Of a stretch of DNA of 64,000 bases, positions 13,965 through 27,384 are shown piece after piece. Source of the DNA: Lama guanicoe (taxonomy: Eukaryota); contig MU053365.1 in NCBI GenBank assembly GCA_013239625.1, forward strand, positions 1,150,115 to 1,214,114, in the 5' to 3' direction. Within the stretch, counting starts at the first letter, position 1; every line of letters begins with the position of its first letter. Made by a program: the position numbers and the translations under genes. Below the pieces are notes generated by a model. It ran no database searches and was not told the origin of the DNA. It saw only the letters and a list, made by a program, of their open reading frames with translations.

Positions 13965-14044
13965 GACGTGACACCCGCCTCGTGGCACGTGACACCCCCC
14001 TCGTGGCACGTGACACCCCCCTCGTGGCACGTGCCGCCCTCGTG
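13965..14044. repeat. 21-bp tandem repeat, about 3.7 copies (cacgtgacacccccctcgtgg)
   Basis: CACGTG at 13986, 14007 and 14028 with 21-nt period; degenerate first unit gacgtgacacccgcctcgtgg at 13965. Confidence 0.95.
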
Positions 14045-15162
14045 CTTCGCTTAGGCCCCGCCCCTTTGTCATGCCGCCTGGTGGCAGGTACCCAGGCACC
14101 CCCGCTCCAGGCGTGGCCCTTCTAGGGCTTGTCAAACGTTGTGGAATGAATGGGGCCCTGCGCCAATGGCGGGACTGCTCCTCACGATCAAAAATAAGGC
14201 CTCGTGGGAATTCACACCCCAGCCTTGGCTGCTAATTCCTCCTCATATTCAGTCCTATGACACCACTGTAGCCACACGTAGTCACTGCAGCGCTGTCCAA
14301 TGTGGCTATTTAAATGTAAATTTGAATTCATCAAAATTACACGGGATTAGGTAATCGATTCTTCAGACTCAGTAGCACCGTATCAGGGACTGAATAACCA
14401 CACATGGCTCAGGCGACCATATGGGACAGTGCGAATAGTGAGCTTCTCCATTGCGGCCGAAGGTTGTGATGGGCAGCACCGGATGTAAGGGTGACTATTG
14501 TGAATATGGTAGATGTTCAACAGGTTGCTACTCTGTCCTAGGAGCTTTTAAGTGGAACAAAACAGTATTTGCCTTCAGAGACTTTAAGATTGAGTTACAA
14601 ATAAATGAAACAATAGCACAATATGAGAGCAAAGGGTGTGTAAGGAACACATGAGTGACTCAGAACACTTAGATTTTTATTCCCATCATTTGTCACAAAT
14701 GAATTGGGTGGTCCTAAGTGCCTTCCTTCTGCTGTGCCTCAGTGTTACATGTGTAAAATGAGAGAGATGGCATTGTCTCAAAGCCCCCTCTTGGCTCTAA
14801 AATCTGACCCTTGGACAAAATCCCATTAGCTTGGTTTGGGCACACCTGCAAAAGCACCATTTAGGTAATGCTGGAGCACCCATTAGTCCACCTCATTTTA
14901 GCTTTCAAGGGATGTGAAAACTGCCCCTCCTCAACTACATTTCCATCATTCTTATTACATTTTACTCTGGCTTTCCAAATGGTTTCCTACTAATTGTATT
15001 CTGTTGTTCTATTGTTCTTTCCAATGTTAGTAAGCATTCCATAGGAGGAAGAAGGAAGTAAGTTTCCCTGTGTGAATAATTCTTGAAATTTAACACACTC
15101 CACCCTACCCCCACATCCAGGAGCAATTCATAATGTTCTGTAGTTCATTAAAGGATCCGACA

Positions 15163-15520
15163 GGGAGAAAGACAAATACTATATGATATCACTTATATGT
15201 GCATGCTAAAAAAATGACACAAATGAACTTATTTGCAAAACAGAAACAAACTCACAGACATAGAAAACAAACATGGCTACCAAAGGGGAAGGAGGGTAGG
15301 GATAAATTAGGAGTTGAGGGTTAGCAGATACAAATTACTATATATAAAATAAATAAACAATAAGGTCCTTCTGTATAGCATAGGGAACTATATTCAATAG
15401 CTTGTAATAATTTATAATGAAAAAGTATCTGAAAAGAATATATATATATAACTGAATCGCTATGCTGTATGCCAGAAATTAACACAACATTGTAAATCAA
15501 CGATACTTAAATTTTTAAAA
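15163..15520 (+). mobile_element. 5'-truncated LINE1 3' end with target-site duplication
   Basis: gagaaagacaaatactatatgatatcacttatatg...acaacattgtaaatcaac; TSD aaaggatc[c/t]gaca at 15150-15162 and 15521-15533. Confidence 0.9.
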
Positions 15521-18500
15521 AAAGGATCTGACAAAAAAATAATCCATTTTTCTTTCCTTTTACCTTTAAAAAAATTTTTTTTTTGCCTCAACTTTTCCAA
15601 AACTAATTTGACCAGAAGACGCTTGTATTAACAGCTTCTGAAATTTCTGCCTTCAACTCTGAGGAACAGCGAAGTGTCTGAGATTTTACTGTACTTCTGT
15701 GTAACAGGGCAGCCTGCCACAGTTTCATAAATGCTGGCAGAAGATGCAAGACTATTGGGTCAGAGACAAGACAAATGCTCCCCTGGACATGCAGAAACCC
15801 ATGAACAGCTGGCTCCTAACGAACAACCTTGTTCACATCACAGAACTCATGGAAAATGATTGGAGAACCAGGCACCACGCAGCTGCCCTGAGAGCTCAGG
15901 GGCTAAGGCAGAGCATGGGGGTTAGGAATTCAGCTCTCTACCATGTCAGGGGTTGTGCTCTTTGGGCCTTAGCTTTCTCTTCTGCAAATTATGACCTGTA
16001 GACAGCCCGAATGTGAAGATTCTTTCCAGCTCTGGCTTGCTATGACTCGTACTTGACTGGAGCAGTTGGAGTTGCTGTAATCAGACAAGGCATGGCAGTC
16101 CTGCAACAGCGCAATCCACGCTGTGCCCCTCGAAACCCAGATTACTAACAATGACTCAGGGGGGCAATTTCCCAAGATTAAGCCTGCCCACTCCCTGGTT
16201 TACAAAACACTAATTCGAGTTTGGAACCACAAAAAGCCACGTGAAGTATCCATTTTGTAGATTATCAGATGTAGATTTAAATTCTACACTGACTTTCCTC
16301 TTTCATCCTGTATTTTCAAGGAAATTAAAATTGATACTAGTCAACCCAGACCTAACCAGGGAGGAAAATCTGTTGCATGGGCATGAAAACAAGAACTGCC
16401 TCACGAGATGTCAGATACCACTGCTCAGAATGGAACTTGTGCAAGATTAAGAATTTACACTATTTTTAAACTATCACTACAGACATGAAAAGATGTTCAG
16501 CCTCAGGTAATCAGTGGAATACAAATGAATCAGCAATGAGATATCATTTTATGCTCATCAGATTGGCAAAAATGAATAAATATTCACAAGAATGTACAGA
16601 AATAGGAATTCAGTCATTGCTGGTGAAGGTGAAAATGGGTACAAGCACATTAGATGGCGATTTGCCAACACCTGGCAAAGTTAAATATTCACGTATTCTA
16701 TGACACAGAATTTCCAGTTTTAGATATTTATCCTGTCACCTATGTGTGCGAAAAGGATATAACGTGCTAATATATAGTGCTTAGTGATGATCCGGATCTG
16801 TCACCTTAGCGGATATGGAAATTCTCATTTTTTTTTTGGTGCTGATCTGCCTAGTGGCCTGAGGTGGCAGTCTCAGCTTCTAGGTCAGTGGGACCATTGT
16901 GTTTCCTGAAAGAAATATTTCTCTCTTGAATAATAAGCTTCTAAAATAGCAGAAATCAGAGAATGAGAAGCAAAGTGAAAATATTTGTACAAGTGTGTTG
17001 TTAGGCATCGTTCTCACCACCCCCTCTTAGTTCCTAGCCCCATGTGTTCTGGTTCTGGGAGAAACAGCACCTTAGGATGATTACTGGTCCTGATTCAGAG
17101 TGCACCATACACCTTGCAAGACTGCCACCCAAACTCACAAGGTATTTTCTCCTAGATGATGTCATAACTAGGTTTTCAATAGGTGATTTCATTGTTCTAT
17201 TAAGTCAACTTCTTTTTTACAGCTTTTTTGAGGTGTAACTGACAAATAAAATTGTAAGATATGTAAAGTGTACACATGGTGATTTGATATACACATACAT
17301 TGTGAAAGGATTCCCACCATATTTTAGCACCTGAATATCTGACTTCCTTTCCCTCACAACTCTTGATCATTATCCTTGGAATGAAACTGCCTACATGGCT
17401 CCTTCACCTTCCAATTTTAAATCCAAAGGCCAATGAAGAATTTATCCTTCTTAACCTCTTTGCAGCATTTGAAACTGTTTCCCTGAGGAAAGCTATGTGG
17501 CCCTACTGGACTGTAAGATCTGTTAGAGCAGAGATCTTGTTTGTCTTGTTTATAGATGTGTTTTTAATGCCTAAACAGTGAGGAGCACATAATATCCACT
17601 GAATAAATATATGTAATGGATAACTGCTATGACAAAGAACAATTCTCGTGTCCTTTTAATCCTCATCCCATTGGCTAAATGCAGGCATTCCCTAAGATTT
17701 AGCCCATGGCCACCTATTTGTGTGCTATCTAGTTTTTTCCCTAAGTAATATATTTACTTCCATTTCTTCAGAGATCAGCTCTGTGCCAGTGATGCTTTCA
17801 TCTTTGTATATTTGGCCTCACCAGTGTCCTGAGCTCCAAACTAGAGATCAGTCAAAAAAGTTCAATGTTCTTGCTTCTAAAGGAGAACCAGATGGAGTAA
17901 GTTAGAAGCTCTGGGTTCTCGGAGCTCCAGTCCAGTGTGGGAAGCAGGCATGTAAAATATAATTATAACAGAATGTGATGAATGCTCTTAAAAACAAAGG
18001 TATGAACACTGCTATAGGAACACAGAGAAGAGGGAAAATAATTCAGCCTAAAGTTGTCAGTGAGAGCCACTGAAAAGTGACATTTAATTTGGGCTCTGAA
18101 GATTGAATAGAAAATGTCCAGGTAAACAAGATGGGAAAGGTATTTTTCTTGAAGAGGATGAACAGAGACTCAGAGAAATAAAAGGATATGATAGATATGG
18201 TATGTTCAGGAATCAAGAATAAATATTCTGCTACAACTGAAAGTATGTCCAAACCTGATCTTTAAATATTTTCCTCCCAAACCAATATCTCCTCCTGAGT
18301 TTCCTTTCTCTATGGATCCTCCTCCATATCCCTTCAACTTGAGACCTCTGAGTCATCCTGGATTCTTTATCCCTCATATCCAATTGGATGATGATTGATT
18401 TTACCTTCAAAATACTCCTAAGTTTCATTCTTTTCTTCTATTCTTACTTCAACAGTCCTAGCTCAGTCCCTCGTTACTTCCTCTCTTGACCAGAAAAGGT

Positions 18501-19139
18501 TTCCTAAGAGATCACCTGACCAATTGGGTCTTGCAATTCTAATCCACCCTACTTATGGTGGTCAAATGATTCTTCCTAGTTAAATATGTCTGCCGGCTCC
18601 ATGAAGTCTACAGGATAAATAATGATAATAAATCTGCTCCCTCCTCAGGAAGCAGTGTCTGTCTTTGGCGTTTTTAGATCTCCACATCCTGGTCTTCCCA
18701 CATGTCTGACCACTGGTTTTCATTTACTCTGCTGAATCCCCCTCTCTTATGCCCTCCTCAGGGTCCTCTTACATACCTTCTGCTCTTTCCTTCCTCACTC
18801 TATAGTGTTATCTCTGCAAATGATCACGTTCACTCCCGCAGCTGACTTGCTGTTAAATCCTGATTATTTATGAAACTGTATCTTAGATCTGTCTTCTGAA
18901 CCCACTTAAACATCTCTGCTGGGATAACACACAAGCTCTTGAAACTGTTCACATCCAAATTGAATGATTATCCACCACAAACCTGTACTTTCTCCACTAT
19001 TCTCTGTCTCAATCAATAGTATTACCTTTTACCCAGTTGCTCAAGTGGGAAATCTGGGAGTCTCCCTTGATTCCTCCATATTCTTCAATTCCCATTCATT
19101 CAATGAACAAAAGCGCTCCATTCTAATTCTGAAACTATG

Positions 19140-19538
19140 TGTGATGGTTGGTTTTACATGTCAACTTGGCCAGGCTATAGAGCTTAGTTCTTCAATCAAA
19201 CATTAGTCGAGGTGTTGTTGTGAAGATATTTTAAAGCTGTGCTTAATATTTATAATCCATTGACTTTAAGTAAAGGACATTACTCTCAGTAACCCTGGGT
19301 GGGTCTTATCTAATCATCTAAAAGACCTTAACAGCAAAACTGAAGTTTCCCTGAAGAAGAAATTCTGCCTCAAGATGGCAGCATCAACTCTGGCCTGAGT
19401 TTTCAGCTGGCCAGGCTGCCCTATAAATTTTGAATTTGCCAGCACCCCTATCTGCATAAGCCAATACCTTAAAATAAAGGTATATCTATTTTATACATCC
19501 TACTGGTTTTGTTTCTCTGGAAAACCCTGACAGATACA
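19140..19538 (+). mobile_element. ERVL LTR (MLT2-like)
   Basis: tgtgatggtt..tgtcaacttggccaggct start; gtttctctggaaaaccctgacagataca end. Confidence 0.85.
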
Positions 19539-19974
19539 GGATGTCTCTATTCCACCCACTGCTCTCTGTTTCCTCCCACTCATTCTTTCTGGACTCCTGA
19601 GATAGACTCAACTCATCTTTGACCTATATAGTCTTGCCCACGCCAGTCCGTCCACCACACCACTCCATTGTGGACTTGTCAAGACATAAATCTGATCATG
19701 TCACTCACCTACTTAATACCTTTCAACAGCTGGTGTTTGTCCAGACAACCCAAATTCCTTCCCCAGTTCATGAGAGCTCATCTGCTCTGCACTTTGCTTA
19801 CCACCCAGCCTCAGCTCTGTCATCTCCCTCCCATTCACATATTGTGGCCACACCAAACTTGCCCAGGCTCCTTTTGCTCTCCCTTGCCTTTGCAAAAGCT
19901 TTCCCCTCCTTTCCCCTTAGCGAACTCCTCATCCTCCTTCAGCCTCATCCTATACACCACTTCTTTAGGAGATC

Positions 19975-20166
19975 TTTCCATAAGTTTGTTTTCTATGTCT
20001 GTGAGTCTCTGTTTTGTAATTAAGTTCATTCATGTATTTTTTTTAGAGTCCACATATAAGTGATATCATATGGTATTTTCTTTCTTTTTCTGGCTTAAGT
20101 AAGTAGTATGCTGTACACCAGAAATTGACACAACATTGTAAACTGACTATACGACAATAAAAAAAA
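19975..20166. mobile_element. Short LINE1 3' insertion with an internal inversion
   Basis: 19975-20097 is antisense L1 3' sequence (compare 15170-15270); 20107-20166 is the sense L1 terminus plus A-tail. Confidence 0.7.
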
Positions 20167-20315
20167 CTGTCTCCTAAATATCATAGCCATCCCACCCTTC
20201 TCTATTCTCTCTGCCATTGCATTGGCTTATTAGTCCAACAATCTGGCCTCTCTGCCTCTAGTCCTGCCACCTTTAATTTATTTTTGGAAGATGAGTTAAA
20301 GAAGACCCCACTATG

Positions 20316-20512
20316 AACCTACTGTAGAGCACAGGAAACTATATTCAATTTCTTGTAATAAGCTATAATAGAAAAGAATCTGAAAAAAATATATGTATAT
20401 GTATATGTACATATATGTATATATATATATAACTGAGTCACTTTGCTGTACACCTGAAAGTAACATTGTAAATCAATTACACTTCAATAAAAATAAAATT
20501 AAAAACAAAACA
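20316..20512 (+). mobile_element. LINE1 3' end with TSD ccactatg
   Basis: Same family as the element at 15163-15520; ccactatg at 20308-20315 and 20513-20520. Confidence 0.85.
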
Positions 20513-22049
20513 CCACTATGTCATATAGAATAGACACAATAATAGGTTTACTTGGGGTAACTTACAAGTCCAAGTGTTAGTAAGGTGAGGTACATAGTCT
20601 CATGTTCTTTCATTATCCCACAGTGAGAACTGCCTCCCTTTGGGGACAGAAATTGATTGGATTTTTCAGTGGGGTTTCTGGAGTTGATGACAATGGCAAA
20701 GAATACATTGTAAAACTAGGAGAGTCCTAAATAAGAGTACAGTGTTCATCATGAAAACTGTAGAGTTCTCTGAAACCTCTAGTCATGGACTGGAGTCCAA
20801 GCCATGAGAACAAGATCCAGGGCTTAGGGGGAGGTGGTTTAGAGCTATGTGGCTAGCTCTTACAGTTGTTGTTGGATAGCTCACTTGCAGTGAGGTATTC
20901 AGCCAGAAGCAGCTGGAGCTGTTGGCCACAGTATACACACTGCCTAGTCAGTAAATAACCCAAAGCTACGCAGCTATCCAACACAATCAGAGGCAAGGAA
21001 TAGAGAATACCTTTTTGGTAGTGAAACGCCCAGCTATCTCATTGGTAATCTCCCAGGTGAGCCTTAGAAACACCTCCTGATGGGGGAAAGTCCATGTAAA
21101 CTTGTGATAAACTGTGTCCCTAATGCCTCCAAGGAGAGCCTGCTGATTGCACCAGAGGCTGGGGATATATAGCCGGTGCCCATTGGACCTCTGATTACCG
21201 AAGAGTCATGTGACTACCCTCACGAAGTGGGTAACCCTGTGTCCAAGTGGGAGGCAGTGGAGGCAAGGGAATCTGTCCTAGCACACAGAAAAACTAGTCC
21301 TGGAAGTGGGTGAGGAGCACAGAATGTGGCTTGGAGTTGGGTCCAAGATGATCCTCTGCATCCATTTAGCATGGACATCACGGAGTATGAACACACAAGT
21401 GGAGAAGATGATGGCAAACAGTGGCTGAGGCCACTGCCTGGTAGAAGCGATGCCTGAGGCATTGTTTGGTAGTGGGATGCTGATAAGATCGCTCAGAGCC
21501 AAATCAAGTTGTGCGGAACATATCTAGCCTTGTGATAGTTGGCCCTATGGTCACTGCCCCAGACAATACAGTCTGCCCATATCTGGATTAGGAAAACGGA
21601 GAGGTCGTTTGCCCTCTGACGCTCTACTTGCTCCACGGGTTTGGGTGTCTCCATGCCTCACCAGTTGGGGCCATTAGGCTACCCTCAGGAATGAACCAGA
21701 TCTTATTTTATATCCCGGAATATGAAAGAGAAAAGCTCCACAGAGACCCAAGGCTAATAATTCCTTTACTCAAGGCAATTTCTTGAGATTGAGGAAGATG
21801 GCTTCATGACAAAGGCGACTTTGTTCATGAACGTAAGAACCACAGGAGTGTCCTCCAACTTTCAGAGGAGGTGTGTGGCAAATCCAATGTCAGAGCTGTT
21901 TGCTCAGTGGGAAAGGACACCAGATGCCATTCCAAATTTGTGTCCATCCACATTTCCGTGATCCATGCAGTAAAAAGTTCCTAGCTACTCATCCTGGCCA
22001 GTGCAGATCCAAGAAAGGAGGGAAATTATTAGTATGTAGTGTGGAGAGT

Positions 22050-22380
22050 TTTGCAGTGTCTGATCTGCTGTGGAGAGCATAACTGCCCAACAGCCCCAGG
22101 TGCTGCGTTCTGTGTTTGTGCCGGGGTCGTGTTTCCTGTAGACTACTTTCAGTCAATAATTGAGCACAGAGGAGGTACTGATGCAGCTCCATTCTTCTGA
22201 GTGGAAAACCTCCTTTGACAGGTGATTTTCGCTCAAGAACGTCCCATCAGCCTGACTGAAATATACTTGGAACCACATTGTAGTCTAAGATCCTTCTTAC
22301 TTCATCCTTTCTTCCTTTTCCTTAATAGATGTCAGATCTGCATCATGGTCTGAAGTCTCTCTTGACCTTCTCTGGTATAT
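22050..22380 (+). mobile_element. LTR16-like ERVL LTR fragment nested in the ERV relic
   Basis: gtcagatctgcatcatggtctgaagtctctcttgaccttctc resembles the recalled LTR16 3' part. Confidence 0.5.
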
Positions 22381-23564
22381 GACAACGGTAGTCCGTCAGA
22401 GCCTGAAATCTATGTGTGCTATCTGATTGGAGGAGATGGCCAGCAACCCTATACCTAGCGAGTGCATCCAAACTACGGGGGGCAGTGGGGCTATTAAGTG
22501 CATCTGCCACTATGAGCCAGTCCTGTCTTGTGCGGTATCACCGAGTTCACCCTGAATTATGTGCCTGTGTAGCTGTCATCGAATGCAGGCTCTGGGGCTG
22601 CCAGCAGCTTTTTTGTATGTCAAATGACAACCCTTTGTGGTGATTTTGTTACTGTGGTGGCTCTGGATATGGACCCAGCAGGTCTCTATGGATACGACGG
22701 CTCACAGGCGCAACTGACCTTCTCATTGCAGATGCTTTGCTTTTCTCAGGATGTGTTCTTTTCCAGGAGACAGATACATCAGTGACTTATTAACTGAGCT
22801 TGTGTGTGAGTTGTTTGTTTCCATAGGGTATGACTTTAATCGTCTTGTCCTGGGTGCCTTAATGACCTGACTAAAGAATGAAGCCATTAGCAGCAGCCCA
22901 TGAGTCTTATTGCCAGAGACATCAGATGTGAGACTGGTCACAGTTACTTAAAACTCCATGGGATCAGAATGAGTTGGGGGTGGGGAGGGGCAGGTGTTGT
23001 TTTACAGCTGCTTGTATTGCTTCTGTGGCTTCTTACTGCCGGGGTCCCCAGTTGAACTTGGCTACCAGTCTGGGGACTTATAGATTCTTAAATGACATCC
23101 CTATGTGCAGGATGTGCTGCCTCTAATGCCCAGAGGTCAACAGGTGATAAGGGCTCTTTTTGTGTGGGGTCTGTAAGATCAGCAGTTTTTCCTTACTAGG
23201 TTGTGGAATATCTCTTTGGGCTGCTACTCCAATAGCCCCCAAGATAATGCACTCAAGTGGCCTGGCCCTGATCTTTTCCTCATTCAAGGCCCTGCCACCT
23301 GTAGACAGCTGTGGTTGGAGAGCATGCATTATGGTGAAAAGTTTCCTCTCTGGGGGCCACTATCAAAAATGTCATCAGTGTAATGGAATGGGCTTTCCCA
23401 ACTCATTACTGATATATCACAGTTATTAAGTATTGCTGGGGACGTTCAACATGCCTGAGGTAGGACAATAAAGGTGAACTTCATGCTTTGCGAAGTGAGA
23501 ATAAAATAACTTTTTTCTTCTTCCTAGAGGAAACTAGAGAAGAGGACATTAGCAATGTCTAGGG

Positions 23565-23871
23565 CAATTCTGTCCAAGAGTAGTATAATGTGGGTCATGC
23601 ATGTAATTTAAAATTTTCTAGTTGTCACTGTGACAAATAAAGGTAAAAAGAGACAGGTTTAACAGATTTTAGTGACATAGTTCTGTTAACCCAATAGATC
23701 CAAAATACTAGCATTTCAGCATTTAAATATAAAAATAGACATTTTTTCATTCTTTTTGTCAAACTAAATCTTAAAAATCCATTGTGTATTCTACCCTTAG
23801 AATTGCATGTCTCAATTCAGACCAGCCTTTGAGCATGCTACAGCCACACGTGGCTGGCCTGGACAGTTCAG
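23565..23871 (+). mobile_element. hAT-Charlie non-autonomous DNA transposon (MER33-like)
   Basis: caattctgtccaa...tggacagttcag termini; 8-bp TSD-like gtctaggg and ctgtaggg. Confidence 0.75.
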
Positions 23872-26800
23872 CTGTAGGGCCATACACGGAGTGCCAGTAA
23901 TGGATGGAATCAGGTCAGTCATCTGTTGGTTTATCAGTTGCTTCAAGTGATGTCGTGGCCGCTGTTAAAGCCACAATGATCTGCAATCAGGGGCCACAGA
24001 TACTGGATTTACTCGCTGGCTAAACAGGGCTGGGAGTAGGAAGAGAGTGTGGACTACCACTCCTTCCTGACAAAGGAATAAGCCTTATAGGTTTTCTTTC
24101 TCACCTCCTGGTATCTGAAACTGTTTCAAGCGCACAAGCCTGGCAGGCTTTGGAAACACAAGATGCTCTACAATCACCAGAAGGGATGGCAATGCCCACA
24201 CCCACCCAACAGATCAGTGTGCTCTGCCAGGTTGAGGGGACCCAGCACGTCTGTACCAATTCTGCAGTCTGACAAAGGGACTGTGAGTTTGGGCCCATCA
24301 GAGGGGACAATGGGACCTACAGTAATTCGGCCAAGTCTTTAGGGTGTAAGTAAAACCAGTCCCAAATCCTGCCAGGGAAATTCATTTACTGCAGGTCTGT
24401 CAGGTCCAAGACGGACAGGACAGCTCCTTGGGCTCCGGTGCTTGGTAGGTCTGCGGAATCCGCCCTGCACCCAGGTTCCAGGCCACGCAGGCTAGGGTGG
24501 AAAGTCAGCGATCCCCGTGAAGAGGGCAGAGGACTGGGCCGCGGGCCAAGTTTGTTTCTGAAGGGACTCAAATCAGGGTTGAAGGGCTCTCTAGCAGTCG
24601 GACTAGAAAATCAGTCTGCTGGGTGGCACAGAGGTCTGTGGGGATGGGGAGTGTCTTTGAGAGTCTCATTTCAGCAGCATTATGATATGGCTAATCACTT
24701 AGCTTCCTCCTCTGGACCCCTCTCCAAGGATACAGGAGGCTTTGGAGCTTGGCCCACCAGGCAGTGGGGAGAACTAACAGCCTCCATCTCCACAGGGAAT
24801 TCTCCCACCCAGGATCTCCTTGCATCAGCTCTCCATAGGGCGTCTCTTTCAGGGCCCGCTCTAGAATCAGGCATTTTTGTTTCCTGCATCCCTGTCTTCT
24901 CTCCACCACCTCCTTAGAGTGATGTGGGTTATCAGCCCACTGGGCTCTCTGCTTTCTCGTCTACCTCCTTCCTTAGCAATTCCTTTGTTCAAGGTCCAGA
25001 GCCCTAAGAGTGCTGCCTGAGGGAGCCTCAGAAGGAAGCCAGGAGTGGTGTTCTTCTCATTTCTGCTGAGACCTGGGGCACCTTACAGGGCCTCTTATCA
25101 CGTTTCCTCTTTTGAGTGGGGCCTAAATCAGCACCAAAGGATTATCCCATCCCTTACTCCCTGGCAGAAGGAGCAAAGTTAGGGATGTCCTCCTCCTGTA
25201 AGATCCTATCAGCTTTTCCAGCCTTCTCTGAATTAAGGTCTTTGCTCACTAGTTAACCCGACAGGCAAGATTTTCATACAATCGTTCTATAATGCCAAAG
25301 GGCCTCAAAGTTAGCTGCGACCCCAGCTGGGAAGTCTCCCCTTTGTGGCTAGGTAAATCTGACTTCCTTGAGCATCCAATTCAAGTACAGAGCAGGCACA
25401 TGTGCTCTCCTCCCCTTGGTCAGACTAGCCAATTCATTCGGCAAAAGGGAATCTGGCTCTAAATCCCAAACACTGGTCACTCAGTGTCACCTAGCTCATG
25501 AGTGCAGCTTCTTCATCATGTAAGCAGCTCAAGCCTCAAGAGACCCCTGTGACTATTGTTAGGAGTCCAACTTCCTGTGTTTTGAAGCCCTTCAATCTAT
25601 ACCTCAACCCCCTAAACCCTGCCCAAGCCCCTGGGTGCTACACTGCATGACAGGTATCATATCTAAGAGGTTACCTTGCATGTACTGTTCCAATGGCACT
25701 TGAGCCCAAAGGCTCTCTCGTCTCAACTTCTTTCTCCTTCAGGCTCACGAGGCTGGATGAACCAGGGGGTGCCAAGGGATCGTCTGGTCTCAATCCACCT
25801 TACAGAGAGGACCCTGCAGGGCCTTAGTGGCACATGGCATGGCCCTAGACAAGCACCGCAATAATAATGTTCACCAGTGATTTCAGCTCAGCCAGGTCTC
25901 CCACCATTAGTCCTAGGAGGGATGTCATCCAGCCATGGTATGGCTTAGCTGGTCCCTTTAGCACTTTCCCAAGGGCTAGAACTGGAGTAAGTGGAGTTTG
26001 ACTCATATGGGGCACCATCTGTGATGCAGTGGGCAAGGCAAACAGCAGACCACCATGCAAAAGGAAAAGGTTTCAATGAGGGAAAATTAGCTGCAAGGGT
26101 CAGCAAGAAGAGGCACATGGATGCCCATCCTCTCCCACAGAGAGACATGCAGAGGCCAGGGCACTGCTGGCTGTACCTCGGGGCTGCGCCCCAGGGGAAG
26201 GTGCTTCTTCCTTGGGAGTCTACCTTTCCGCAGGGCAAGCCTGCAGGTGGCCTTGCACGCAGAGGATCAAACCAGGGCTTAAATGCCAGCTGTCAGGCGT
26301 GCTGTCTGGGAACACAGGCTGCTAGCACCTGTGGCCTTGTGGGAAGCTGGATTTGGACTGTGGGGCAGAGCCGCCCCCAGGAAGTTGGATTTGGGCCCAG
26401 TCCCTCCGGCCAGCTGGTTACCAGGCAACCTGACACAGACTCCTGGAGTCATGGGCAATCCTGTCTGTCTCTCCACACTTCTTTAAGGGTAAATCTGATT
26501 GTTTAAAGCCCATCAGTCTCCCTCAAGTCCATCCTCTAACAGGACACCGTAGGCTTTCCCTGACAGTATTTCCCATTTCACTTCTCTCACTCTCCATCTC
26601 AAATTCTATGTCCTCACCACACCGAAGCTTCAGGAAGTGCCCCGAATTGGCTTTTTCATGCCATCATCATCAGCCCCGGCCTCTTTTTTTCCTGCCTAAC
26701 TCCTCCAACCTGTCATCCGTCTTAGGTGAGATTTCACTTCACCTGAGAAGCCCTTGGCTGATGGCACCCCACCCCGATTCGAGCTGCTGCCCCTGTGTGC

Positions 26801-27261
26801 TCCCCCGCATCCTGTGCATCTCAGCATTCACATACCACATGCTGGGACTGCCCACTGACTCACTCAACTTTCCCACTCGACATCAGCTTCTTGGAGGTGT
26901 GAAATACTATCTTTGTATCGCGAAGAATCTTGAAGTGTCTGCTATACAGTGAATGTTCAATAAATATTTAATGAGAACCAGATGAAATCAGGTGGGTAGC
27001 TCGTTAACAGTGACTCTCCGTAGCGTTCTCCATATAAAAGATGAATACCTTACACAACTTTGGAGTCAGGATACCGTAGCAACCATTTATTTAACCCAAG
27101 AAACTAAAACCTGGAGACCTGAAGTAACTTTTCCGGTTACCTCAGAGCTATTCTCTGCCCTGGTCAAGTGTGAAGTTTACTTCCTGATCCCTCCCTTTCC
27201 AAAACGTAACTCCTCAGGTTCCTTTTTAATATGCAGTATCTATGCTGCACTTGCAACTCTT

Positions 27262-27384
27262 TTTTGGGGGGAATTAGGTTTATTTACTTATTGATTTACT
27301 GATTCAGTGACCAACTGAGGTACTGCGGACTGAACCCAGGACCTTGTGCATGCACTCTACCACCGACCTATGCCCTTCCCTCCA
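27262..27384 (-). mobile_element. tRNA-derived SINE of camelid Vic-1 type
   Basis: Minus strand GGGAAGGGCATAGGTCGGTGGTAGAGTGCATGCACAAGGTCCTGGGTTCAGTCC...AATAAACCTAATTCCCCCC; 15-bp TSD gcacttg[c/a]aactctt at 27247-27261 and 27385-27399. Confidence 0.85.

Larger units (their letters stand above)
13400..14200. promoter_or_regulatory. CpG island / FMR1NB promoter
   Basis: GC- and CpG-rich stretch over exon 1; GC box ggccccgcccc near 14054-14064; three CACGTG E-boxes; CCAAT and GGCGGGA at 14163-14174. Confidence 0.85.
20560..26560 (-). mobile_element. Decayed class III (ERVL-like) endogenous retrovirus internal region; boundaries approximate
   Basis: Minus-strand relics in pol order: protease-like PSTGAQ (about 24430), RT-like MALDIANVLFS (split by the MER insertion) and FTFIVLPQ (about 23455-23478), RNase H-like KKLLAA (about 22600); many stops and frameshifts. 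Confidence 0.65.

Noticed and set aside
13965..14044. CRISPR-like array
   Set aside because: Head-to-tail repeat with no unique spacers, in eukaryotic DNA.
13206..14135. Several overlapping ORFs of 73-121 aa around the CpG island (13206-13571, 13658-13909, 13722-14054, 13914-14135)
   Set aside because: Expected stop-poor frames in GC-rich DNA; the repetitive peptides come from the 21-bp repeat. Only 13576-13885 resembles FMR1NB and has a donor.
24438..26506. Long plus-strand ORFs (159 aa and 171 aa)
   Set aside because: Antisense to the decayed ERV, with non-ATG starts and no recognisable domain.
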